A DNA stretch of 36,305 nt, taken from positions 1 to 36,305 of the IMG/VR virus record IMGVR_UViG_3300025803_000037. One strand, given 5' to 3'. Origin of the DNA: a virus. Taxonomy: Duplodnaviria > Caudoviricetes. The notes beneath the pieces are model-generated. The model was not told the origin of the DNA and searched no databases. It was given only the letters and a program-made list of their open reading frames with translations. Of the stretch, positions 6,800-15,474 are shown one piece after another. Every line of letters starts with the position of its first letter. Position 1 is the stretch's first letter. The position numbers and the translations under genes were made by a program.

Positions 6800-7278
6800 C
6801 AGCCAGCGATTTCCATCAGAGTTAGCGTCATTGGAAAACTGTCGGTTCCAACCTTTGAACTAGAAGTATTACTTACCGCAAACTGCATTTGATAAGTGGT
6901 TGAAGATGTTGTTGCCGGAGAGTCTAAATACTGGTTACTAATTCTGCCGTGCATACCACCAGCACCAACGTAATTTTCAAATGGACGAAGATGATTATTA
7001 TAATACAATCTAGTAGTTCCATTGCGAATAGGTGCTATTGTTATACCAAAGCCACTACTCATGTAGTAATTTATAGACCACCAAACTAAGATTTTGGAAG
7101 TTGTAGAAACAGGCGTAATATCCAAAGTTAGTCCAGTAATATTTTCAAAAGTTTCAGCCGCCGAAATGCCTTGTTCACCTGTTTGTACAGTGTTTAAAAC
7201 CTTAAGCACACTACCACTAGGCAAACCAGCAGATGTGACTGCGGTGAGAGACTGATTGTTTAACTTTATAAGTGCCAT
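6799..7278 (-). CDS. Tail-fibre-cassette protein
   Basis: ITP.ST.SKILV, YLDSPATTS..TY and C-terminal LMEIAG. Beta-rich, in the tail region. Confidence 0.65.
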   Translation of the reverse strand: MALIKLNNQSLTAVTSAGLPSGSVLKVLNTVQTGEQGISAAETFENITGLTLDITPVSTTSKILVWWSINYYMSSGFGITIAPIRNGTTRLYYNNHLRPFENYVGAGGMHGRISNQYLDSPATTSSTTYQMQFAVSNTSSSKVGTDSFPMTLTLMEIAG

Positions 7279-7287
7279 ATCTGTCTC

Positions 7288-8178
7288 CTATGCCTCGTCT
7301 GTTTCGTAAGTTATATCAAACTGCATCTCTGAATCGTGCGCACGTGGAGTAGGGTCAAACGGATGGTCTATGGTTGCTTCTCCAACTGAGCCATTAGTTG
7401 TTGAATATCTAAATTTTACATACCTTTTATCAGGGGTTGCGAAACCCATCAAAGACATTTTCTCCCACCCCTGCGCTGCAAAATGAAAATATACAGTGCT
7501 AGTCTCAGGGAAATAAGTTGATACGTTTTTAACTTTAAAAGGCAAACCATAAATACTAAGCGATTGACCACCCGCAGAACCATTAGCATAGGAAGCTGCT
7601 GAATAATCTAATCGCAAATTAAAATTAGCATGAACTAAATTCCCTATCCTAATATAAGTACCTGCTTGCGTTAAATATGAACCCGACCCAAAAGCATCAG
7701 TTTCGTATGCCGTAGTAACATTAGCAGTGCTCCAATGCGGAACAAATGTACCAGTGCGATAAAACGCATTGCTGCTAAGATCAGTCATCTTAAATGTGGA
7801 TGCTGTTGTTTCTAAGTTCGTAGGAGCTATTGTTGCTGCTAGCTTTGCAGATGTAACAGCATTGTTACCAATCTTAGCAGTAGTAATAGCACCATCAGTA
7901 ACGCTGCCCACACCCAGCACATCACCAAGAGCCACAACAAAGTCTATGCTGTCGCTGCTTGTTAGTGCGCTGTCAAAGATGAGGTTGCTGCCGCTCACTT
8001 GGAAGCTATCTTGGCAAGCCTGAATGACACCATTGAGTGAAACCAGTAGCTGATTGGCAGTCTCTGGATAATATGCTGCGCCACCTAGCGTCAAAGCGTA
8101 GGTTGCTGTTGCAGAGGCGGTCAGGGCATCAAGCTTGTGGAAGCCACCTGAGATTGGAGCTTTGCCGACATAGGGCAT
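7288..8178 (-). CDS. Tail fibre / receptor-binding protein
   Basis: MPYVGKAP start, LLVSLNGVIQ, DGAITTAKI repeat, GTYIRIGNLVH and GLPF in the C-terminal domain. Confidence 0.7.
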   Translation of the reverse strand: MPYVGKAPISGGFHKLDALTASATATYALTLGGAAYYPETANQLLVSLNGVIQACQDSFQVSGSNLIFDSALTSSDSIDFVVALGDVLGVGSVTDGAITTAKIGNNAVTSAKLAATIAPTNLETTASTFKMTDLSSNAFYRTGTFVPHWSTANVTTAYETDAFGSGSYLTQAGTYIRIGNLVHANFNLRLDYSAASYANGSAGGQSLSIYGLPFKVKNVSTYFPETSTVYFHFAAQGWEKMSLMGFATPDKRYVKFRYSTTNGSVGEATIDHPFDPTPRAHDSEMQFDITYETDEA

Positions 8179-8384
8179 TAGTCAGCCTCCTCTATTGTAA
8201 AGTCATCATCAGCATCATTGTGTCTAGCTAAAAGATGGTCATATTTTTCATTGCCGACATTAGCAGGGATAATTGATTGACTGCCATCTGCGTTTACTGC
8301 AATTACTGTAGTATTAACCAGTGAGTCGCCATTCATATCCGTACCGCTAACATATTGTGCTGACGTAAAATTAAAATTAATCAT
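8178..8384 (-). CDS. Small tail-fibre-associated protein (possible chaperone)
   Basis: IP...GN..Y...L and acidic TIEEAD end. Follows a fibre gene. Confidence 0.55.
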   Translation of the reverse strand: MINFNFTSAQYVSGTDMNGDSLVNTTVIAVNADGSQSIIPANVGNEKYDHLLARHNDADDDFTIEEAD

Positions 8385-8386
8385 TT

Positions 8387-9427
8387 TTATAACTCCGCAC
8401 TAACTGAAGCAACCGCATCACCATTGCTTCCACCAGACTTTATAAATATCATTTGAGAACCTTTATAAAGAGTAAATCCATTTACCCCTATGCCTGTAGC
8501 TGTTGGAGATGGAACAGTGTAACTGTTAAAACTGTCGATAGATGAAGGTGCTGCTCTTTTTTCTACTTTAAACCCAACATCAAGCCATTGGTTGGCGGCA
8601 TTGCCGTTAAGTGAAACTGACATAAAAGAATAACCATCGCCACCACTTGAAACTGCGTGACCTAGCAATTCAAAATACCGCTGACACCTAGCCAACTCAT
8701 CGCCATAGCTGCGGTGTTCAAACGGCGTGGCCTGTTCGCCTACTTCTAGCTGGATGCCGGTGATGTACCAAGTTGCAGAGCCTGTGGCAATTAACTGAAC
8801 ACTGCTAGAGGCAGTATGATAATTAGCACCAGCCCAAGCATCGGCAGGACCTTGAAAGCTTGTGCCAGAACCTAAATCCAACATAAGTTTTAAGCCTGTG
8901 ACATCTGTTGTTAGCCAAGTACCTGATGTGTCTAATTGGAATGTCTTTGTGATTTTTTCCCAAGTGTTAGCTGTAGAAATATTATATTGGAAAGGGTAAC
9001 TACGGGTAGCCGCCCCGTTTTCCAAACTCGCACCGTGATTTCCAGTCAAGCTACTTTTTACCCAAAAACTAAGAGTAACTTTAACAGCATCGCTTGTGCC
9101 TAACATAAGGTGTGCTACATTCTGACCTTCAATTCTATATTGAATGACATAGTAATCTGAAGCCGCAATACTGCTGTCTGCTGTATCTACAGTAGCTTTC
9201 AAGCTGTTTTTGAAGCCTTGACCAGAAGGTGTGTCTGTTTCTTGACTAAGAGTAAAAGCACCGCCACCTGTAATGCTTGTCAAATATCTGTCAACAGACA
9301 CATAACTAGCATTAGCCGCACTCGCACTCGTACCCCGCTGTGCCACCTGCATCGCACCATTGATGATGAGGTTTCTTGCACCAGCAAACTGGGATTGTCC
9401 GGCTGGTAATATTTTAGATAAAGCCAT
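8387..9427 (-). CDS. Tail fibre protein with carbohydrate-binding-like domain
   Basis: RNLIINGAMQVAQRGT and QLEVGEQATPFEHRSYGDELARCQRYF motifs typical of phage fibre proteins. Confidence 0.75.
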   Translation of the reverse strand: MALSKILPAGQSQFAGARNLIINGAMQVAQRGTSASAANASYVSVDRYLTSITGGGAFTLSQETDTPSGQGFKNSLKATVDTADSSIAASDYYVIQYRIEGQNVAHLMLGTSDAVKVTLSFWVKSSLTGNHGASLENGAATRSYPFQYNISTANTWEKITKTFQLDTSGTWLTTDVTGLKLMLDLGSGTSFQGPADAWAGANYHTASSSVQLIATGSATWYITGIQLEVGEQATPFEHRSYGDELARCQRYFELLGHAVSSGGDGYSFMSVSLNGNAANQWLDVGFKVEKRAAPSSIDSFNSYTVPSPTATGIGVNGFTLYKGSQMIFIKSGGSNGDAVASVSAEL

Positions 9428-10554
9428 TAGCTTGCCTCCAGTGCCGTAATTCGGGCTTCTAACGCTGTGATTGTTTCTTGCTGCTCTTGGAGAGCCTTAA
9501 TTAATATCGGAACAAACACGCTGTACTTAACCGACTTTGTAGTTTCACCAGTTTCTTCACCTTCATTATTGGTGTCTGGTGATTCCTTAATCATATTTGG
9601 AAATATTTGTTCTAACTCTTGAGCGACTACGCCAATTTGTTTATCTGTTGTGCCAATCAAATTATAGTTACGAACTTGTACTTTCATTAAATCTGCAAGT
9701 TTTGGAGTTGTATCAACAATGTTTTCTTTTAGTTTTACATCTGAAAGTGCGCCATAAGAGTTGTTACTGTTTTCACAGTCTCCGTCACCCCGAACAATTA
9801 AGCTTTTAAGAGTAGAGGTTCCTAAAAAACGCGCAAGTACGTCACTTGCTGTTTTAGCAGCGTTAAGAACAGTAAAAGTAGCCCAATCAGCGTCAGTGCC
9901 GATGCCCACGTTGCCGTTGCTGCTGATACGCATTTTTTCACTAAAACCAGTTGCGTCTTTTGCTGTAGCGGTAGCAAACTTGAAGCCTGTGTTAGAATAC
10001 AAACTGGTGGGGTCTGATGCTGTCGCACCAGTAAACATAACTGCAAAATTAGACCCACCATCCAATGCTAGACTAGCACCTGATGAACCACCGTCTATAT
10101 TAAGGGTTTTCTGTAACCCGCTTGGGCTTACAGTGCCAATGCCCACGTTGCCGCTGCTGCTGTCAACTTTGAGAGTGCTAGTGTCAACAGTAAGGTCGCC
10201 AGCAATGTCGATGTTGGTATCTAGCTTTGCGCTAGTAACAGAACCATCAATAATCTTGGCTGTGCTTACAGACGCATCCGGCGTTACTGTCGTTTGCAAA
10301 GCCAGTGAGTTGTAGACCACATAGATGTCGTCTGTCGCTACAACAGAGCCAGTAAGCGTTACTGTTACGCCATCAGCACCAATAGAATATGCTGTTGTAG
10401 GCTCTTGCCTCACGTTATTGATAAAAAGTGAAATGCCTTCTGCGCTTGCGACAGCGTGTGTCAGCGTCAGGCTAGTGCCAGTAATATTAGTAAAGTCTTG
10501 TTTGGCAGGTACTTGGCTAAAGCCTTGCGTCTGTTGATTGCCTATGTAAGCCAT
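9427..10554 (-). CDS. Tail fibre with C-terminal intramolecular chaperone (peptidase S74-like)
   Basis: GNVGIGT repeats, SDVKLKENI autocleavage motif, IGVVAQELE..FP and terminal coiled coil. Confidence 0.85.
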   Translation of the reverse strand: MAYIGNQQTQGFSQVPAKQDFTNITGTSLTLTHAVASAEGISLFINNVRQEPTTAYSIGADGVTVTLTGSVVATDDIYVVYNSLALQTTVTPDASVSTAKIIDGSVTSAKLDTNIDIAGDLTVDTSTLKVDSSSGNVGIGTVSPSGLQKTLNIDGGSSGASLALDGGSNFAVMFTGATASDPTSLYSNTGFKFATATAKDATGFSEKMRISSNGNVGIGTDADWATFTVLNAAKTASDVLARFLGTSTLKSLIVRGDGDCENSNNSYGALSDVKLKENIVDTTPKLADLMKVQVRNYNLIGTTDKQIGVVAQELEQIFPNMIKESPDTNNEGEETGETTKSVKYSVFVPILIKALQEQQETITALEARITALEAS

Positions 10555-10565
10555 CAGTTAATTCC

Positions 10566-10910
10566 TTATGTTACCGGAGTGCTAATTGCATCAACTACAG
10601 ACACCCAAACATCTGCGGAAGCAGCCGTGTCTGACTTTACATAAAGCCTGTCACCAGACTTAACGACAACTTTTGCTCCACCATCCAAGATCTGAAGCGC
10701 ACCGCCAGCAGCAATGGGTGCGCCTAAAACCAGATGGATGTCGTTAGTGCCATCGTTAATATAACAGTCAACGGTGATAGCGTTAGTCGTTACATTGGCA
10801 ATGTGAATACCTACAATCGTATCCACACTATCAAAGTTCGCCCCATCAGGTATGTCAGCAGCGACAGTGCCTACTGCGTTTAATGTATATCTATGAAAAT
10901 TCTGTGCCAT
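10566..10910 (-). CDS. Virion structural protein (tail region)
   Basis: Beta-rich 114 aa with GGAG RBS, between fibre genes. Confidence 0.6.
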   Translation of the reverse strand: MAQNFHRYTLNAVGTVAADIPDGANFDSVDTIVGIHIANVTTNAITVDCYINDGTNDIHLVLGAPIAAGGALQILDGGAKVVVKSGDRLYVKSDTAASADVWVSVVDAISTPVT

Positions 10911-10919
10911 TATTAACTC

Positions 10920-12293
10920 CTATAAGGCAATCGCCATTGCAATGCTAAAGCCATTAGTGGCAAAACTTGTGGTGTCTGCCGCTGCATTATTCCAGTTAGT
11001 GCCATCATAAACTCTAAGAATGTTGTTACTGCTGTCAAAATACAAATCACCAGCATCTACTGTGCCAGCATTACCTGTTGGTGCAGCACTTGTTTGATAT
11101 GTTTCTGCGGCAGCATCATTAGTAAACGCTCCATAATACACATCACGCTGCGTCTGTGTTTCGTTCTTAGCCTGATTTGCCCAATACTTAGCTGAGTATT
11201 CAGCAGTACCACCAGAACCAGTAACAGCAGTGTCACGATCAAAACCTGTGCCGCCACCTATAGACCACTGCTTAGCAGAGCCAGTGTTCATACCTGTGTT
11301 GCCGCCAGTACCAATAGAATACTCTTTGGCTGAAAATTCTGTGCCATCGCAAGTGTTTGTTGTATCTGTTGCCCACTCTTTTGCAGAGCCACGACCAGAA
11401 CTATCAGTTACACCAGTACCACCAATGGCATAGGCTTTACTGCTATAGTCTGTGGTTGTGCCATCGTTAATAACGCCATCTGTTTTAACAGCCCAATCGT
11501 CAGCAAAAGCCGCAGTAAGCGCACTAGCTGCCGCAGCCGTAGCACTACTAGCCGCTGCTGTTGCACTATTACCAGCATTGGTTTCAGCGGTTGAAACTCC
11601 CGAAAGATCCAAGACCAAATCATAGTAAGCACTATTTGCGTTGGTGGTAAGTGGCACAGCGCCGGATGATGTGTGTGCAAAATTAACGCGATAGATATTG
11701 GAATTGCTAGTATCAACGACCTGATCACCAATAACATAAGCAGTACCAGCAGCCCAGTTTCCTTTCCAAGCCCCAACATCACTTGATGCGGATGGGTTGC
11801 CGTTAATGTCAAACGCCAAGAACTTACCAGCCCGGTCAGTTTTAGATGGCAATGTCATATCAACAACGCCGCCATCCTCGACTAGCGCCGGGTCAAACGC
11901 CGGGGCGCGTAGGCCGCGTTTGTTTTCTTCAGCCACCTGCTGGTCAAAGATCGTCAGCGCGTCTAGCTGCTCATTGAGACTAGATGCCAACAAGTCACCG
12001 GCTGTTACAAAGTCTGTGGTGCGCTCAATATCTCTCGCCCCAACAATAACAATTTGATCTGATCCAGTTGGCGTTGATGGCACGTTGCCACCAGTCACAA
12101 TGTTTACGCTGCCAGTACCGTTGGCGTTGATTGTCACAGTAAAGTCTGTCGTCAGCGTCAGTTTGGTTGCATTGAAATAGGCAACGATATCGGTGTTAGC
12201 CAAGATCTCAAACGAAAACGCATACGGCCCCAGCCCGGCTGATCCGGTAAACACGACCCTGCGTGTAATTGCATTGATGTTATAGTCAGCCAT
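10920..12293 (-). CDS. Main tail fibre (T7 gp17-like N-terminal adaptor)
   Basis: N-terminal YAFSFEI..., DF..G.LLA.SLNEQLD.LT. Ala-rich coil and SAKxW/Y repeats. Confidence 0.8.
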   Translation of the reverse strand: MADYNINAITRRVVFTGSAGLGPYAFSFEILANTDIVAYFNATKLTLTTDFTVTINANGTGSVNIVTGGNVPSTPTGSDQIVIVGARDIERTTDFVTAGDLLASSLNEQLDALTIFDQQVAEENKRGLRAPAFDPALVEDGGVVDMTLPSKTDRAGKFLAFDINGNPSASSDVGAWKGNWAAGTAYVIGDQVVDTSNSNIYRVNFAHTSSGAVPLTTNANSAYYDLVLDLSGVSTAETNAGNSATAAASSATAAAASALTAAFADDWAVKTDGVINDGTTTDYSSKAYAIGGTGVTDSSGRGSAKEWATDTTNTCDGTEFSAKEYSIGTGGNTGMNTGSAKQWSIGGGTGFDRDTAVTGSGGTAEYSAKYWANQAKNETQTQRDVYYGAFTNDAAAETYQTSAAPTGNAGTVDAGDLYFDSSNNILRVYDGTNWNNAAADTTSFATNGFSIAMAIAL

Positions 12294-12318
12294 TTTTGTG
12301 CCTCATATGATTGCCGTG

Positions 12319-12324
12319 ATTATA
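12319..12324 (-). promoter_or_regulatory. Possible -10 box upstream of the tail-fibre operon
   Basis: Perfect TATAAT in a 40-bp AT-rich gap with GAGG RBS. No good -35 box. Confidence 0.35.
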
Positions 12325-12333
12325 CATTATTTA

Positions 12334-15300
12334 TTACCTGCCGTATAGATTGACCTTTTGTTGGTTTTTGGCAATGTCTGCCGCAGTGCCGGGGTAAAGA
12401 ATAGGCGCGCCATCTTCTGTCTCTAGTGTGTAATCAACAAGCCCGGTGTCTCTGTCTTTAATTGTTTTGCCAAACATAACCTCTCGCGCTCTAGAACGAT
12501 AGTCAGATACCACAGTGTTAACATCATTTTGCAGTGACCCTATCGCCGGGGCAATCCCAAGCAGGTCAGCGTCATTGAGACGCTGGTTTATAACGTCAAC
12601 AATAGCCTCATCCATTGTCATCCCGGTGTCAGGGTCTGGGTCTTGTTGCAGCTTTAGATACATATTTTGCTGCTCTGCCGTCAGGCTAACGCCGTTGATT
12701 TTAAAGTTTGGATATGCAACGCCGTGATTGATTGCTGCTAAAATCTCAGACACCTCGTCACGTTTTCCCTTTTGCGTAGCCATAGGCCTCCAAGAATAAT
12801 CTGCGCTATACTCAATAGGCTTGCCGCGCTCATCTAGCTTTGGTGGCAGTTTGTTTGCCTTTGTTGGAACACGGCTCATCATTTTATTATAAGCCTCAAA
12901 GAAACCGCGAACACCAAGCTGCGTTGCGTCAATACCCAACACATCGTCTGCCCACTCTACCTGCGCCTGATTTACTGCTGTGTTACTTGCAGCCGGGTCT
13001 AGTATGCGCTCAATCTTGCCGACAATTGCGCTGTTAGCTAAACCAACGACAGGTGTTCCCGCAATAGCCACGTTACCCACCTGACGCACATAAGCATCAA
13101 GCATAGCAACGAGCCGGTCGCCGCTGTCTGTCTGGCGCTGGTTGGCAATGCGCATTAGCTCGTTTACCGACTGCATCGCTGGCATATTAGTGGAATACTC
13201 AGACAGTGACGCAGACATTGCGTCAAACATAATACTAAGCTGCGTGTCGTCTGGGTCATAGGCACGATACTTGACAGCGTCAGCATAAGCAGCGCCAAGC
13301 AACAATGGTATTGTCACCGGCTCAAGCCTCTTTAATGACATAAACGTGCTGCCCTCTAGGTTGCCGGTGCCGCGCTGAATTGTACCAGCGCCGAGGATTT
13401 TATTTACACGATCAATATTCTCATCCGACATTTCGTCATTATTTAGGCGCAAGCTAAAGTCTTGCCAACCGATGCGCTTTAGGTTGTTTCTGTCCTCTGT
13501 ATCTGCCGGGCCAGCGCCAGTGAGCCTGCCATTGTAAGCTAGATAGTAAGAGCCAAGCCCCATAGTGCCGCCGACAACAATACGGCTAATGGCTAGGTCG
13601 CGGTGCCTGCCGCCCTTTTCCCACTCGCTGTAAAAACGTGGCGACATAAAGTTTAAGATAGGCACACGCGCCGCGCCCTCAATGGCAAGGTTTGTGACTG
13701 ACTTACTAAACAACATGATCGGCTTAACTAGTGGGTTGTTCATAACCTTGAGCGCGCCGTGATACATACGGCCAAGGTTTGACTGGCGGTCAATGTCGGC
13801 CATTAATGTCGCTTGTTTTCTAAAGCTCTGAACACTAGCGTCAACCTCTGCCGGGCGCTCAGTCAAAAACCTGTTTACGGCCTCTTGTGAAACAGACAGA
13901 GCCTCATCTGCTGTACCGCCATCGGCCAGCTTCTTGTCATATATTTGCGCGCCGTAACGCCAAGCCTGCTCGTGCAATTCCATACGCTGCGCAATACCAC
14001 CAAAGAACTGGTCACCTGCGCCAAGGGCGCGCATAGGGATTGAGTAAATCATCCCCAAGCTATCAAGCACTTTTCCAGCCAGCGTGTTCTTTAGCTCTGG
14101 CGTTCTAGCCACCTCTTTGCCAAGCAGCATCAAGGGCGTGTTGCTAAAATACGCAGATGATATAGGGTTACGCGCCGCGTCTTTTGTTGATCCTGTCTTT
14201 GCGCCTTGAGCCATTAAAGACCAGCCATCCATAATGCCGTTATAAAATGCAGATGTTCTGGCGTAAATGTCCTGACGGTAATACTCATCCGGGCTGTACT
14301 CTAGGCCTAGTGTTTTGGCGATGCGCTTTCTTACCTTGCCAATTGGAACAGCAACGGCGCGCTCTGGAACGTCAGCGATTAGCGTTCCAAAGTTAGCGGC
14401 ACTGTTGAACAGATGCGTTTCCCAGTTTGTCAGGAACGTAGACTGCGCCGCATAAATGATGCTGTCATATGTTTTGCGGATAATGCCAACCTCAAGGACT
14501 TTGTTCTTGGCGGCGCGGGTTTCTTGTTTCATGTAATTATCAGCTAGGGCGCGCAATTGATCATCGCCGCCAGCGCCGTCAAGCACGGCGCGAATGTCTA
14601 GCGATGGCAGGTTGCGTTCACGCGCACCTTTAAACACATTCATGCTGCGAGCCACGTCACGCTTTGCGCCTTTTAACGTGCCAAGGATTACCTCATGCTG
14701 AGACAAAGCCTCGCGCAATTCAAACTTGCCCAAATCAGTTAAAAGGCCAGACGCAGCCTGCGTCATAAGCTCGTCAACCTTTTGTGCGCTAACATCATGC
14801 AACGCCTGCAATCCGGCAAGCTGTGTGGCTAACTGGTTGTTGCCAACCTTGCTTTGCATTGGTATGCCGCGAAACATTGCGTCTAGTGTTTTCTTGGGAA
14901 CGCCAGACATAAAAGCGCGTCTATATAAGCTCTCAACCGTTTGAGCTTGATAGTCAGGTTCAGTATCCCCGGCCACAGCCTTGGCTGTTGCTGCTAAACT
15001 ATCGCTATCATAAAAGCGAGTATTGACTGGCCCGGCTTCAATGCCCGCTTCTAATTGAGCTTTGCTGGGCGATGGCACTGTGCGCGCACCACCCATAGCC
15101 TCTTGACGCTCGGCCATTACCTCTTCGACACGCTCTTCTGTTGATGGCTTTGGCTTTTTTATAGGCGGCACAATTTCCGGCTCTATTTTTGTTTTTGCTT
15201 CAACAGGCGGCTGGATGTCCATAACATCTGTGGCGGTGCCGTCTGGGTCGATAACGTCAACCGGCTTTGTTATTTCTTCTGTTACCTTGTAATCAGGGTC

Positions 15301-15474
15301 AATACGCGCACCGCGCTTTGTTAGAGGCTTGATAATTTCCCCAGCGGCTTGACGGCCTAATGACCGGGCAAAACCAGCAGGCTGGATGCTGTCATCAGTC
15401 AGGTCGGCATCCGGCTCCTGCTTGGAAAGCTGGTCGAGCTTATCTTCTAAATCTCTTGGGCCGCGTATTGCCAT
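12334..15474 (-). CDS. Large internal virion (ejection) protein
   Basis: 1046 aa, helical, last of four genes between tail tubular B and the fibre, i.e. the podovirus core-protein position. Confidence 0.7.
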   Translation of the reverse strand: MAIRGPRDLEDKLDQLSKQEPDADLTDDSIQPAGFARSLGRQAAGEIIKPLTKRGARIDPDYKVTEEITKPVDVIDPDGTATDVMDIQPPVEAKTKIEPEIVPPIKKPKPSTEERVEEVMAERQEAMGGARTVPSPSKAQLEAGIEAGPVNTRFYDSDSLAATAKAVAGDTEPDYQAQTVESLYRRAFMSGVPKKTLDAMFRGIPMQSKVGNNQLATQLAGLQALHDVSAQKVDELMTQAASGLLTDLGKFELREALSQHEVILGTLKGAKRDVARSMNVFKGARERNLPSLDIRAVLDGAGGDDQLRALADNYMKQETRAAKNKVLEVGIIRKTYDSIIYAAQSTFLTNWETHLFNSAANFGTLIADVPERAVAVPIGKVRKRIAKTLGLEYSPDEYYRQDIYARTSAFYNGIMDGWSLMAQGAKTGSTKDAARNPISSAYFSNTPLMLLGKEVARTPELKNTLAGKVLDSLGMIYSIPMRALGAGDQFFGGIAQRMELHEQAWRYGAQIYDKKLADGGTADEALSVSQEAVNRFLTERPAEVDASVQSFRKQATLMADIDRQSNLGRMYHGALKVMNNPLVKPIMLFSKSVTNLAIEGAARVPILNFMSPRFYSEWEKGGRHRDLAISRIVVGGTMGLGSYYLAYNGRLTGAGPADTEDRNNLKRIGWQDFSLRLNNDEMSDENIDRVNKILGAGTIQRGTGNLEGSTFMSLKRLEPVTIPLLLGAAYADAVKYRAYDPDDTQLSIMFDAMSASLSEYSTNMPAMQSVNELMRIANQRQTDSGDRLVAMLDAYVRQVGNVAIAGTPVVGLANSAIVGKIERILDPAASNTAVNQAQVEWADDVLGIDATQLGVRGFFEAYNKMMSRVPTKANKLPPKLDERGKPIEYSADYSWRPMATQKGKRDEVSEILAAINHGVAYPNFKINGVSLTAEQQNMYLKLQQDPDPDTGMTMDEAIVDVINQRLNDADLLGIAPAIGSLQNDVNTVVSDYRSRAREVMFGKTIKDRDTGLVDYTLETEDGAPILYPGTAADIAKNQQKVNLYGR

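Noticed and set aside
9761-10315. 184-aa plus-strand ORF
   Set aside because: Antisense shadow of a tail-fibre gene. The same applies to 17496..18065, 31889..32320, 32366..32863 and similar ORFs.
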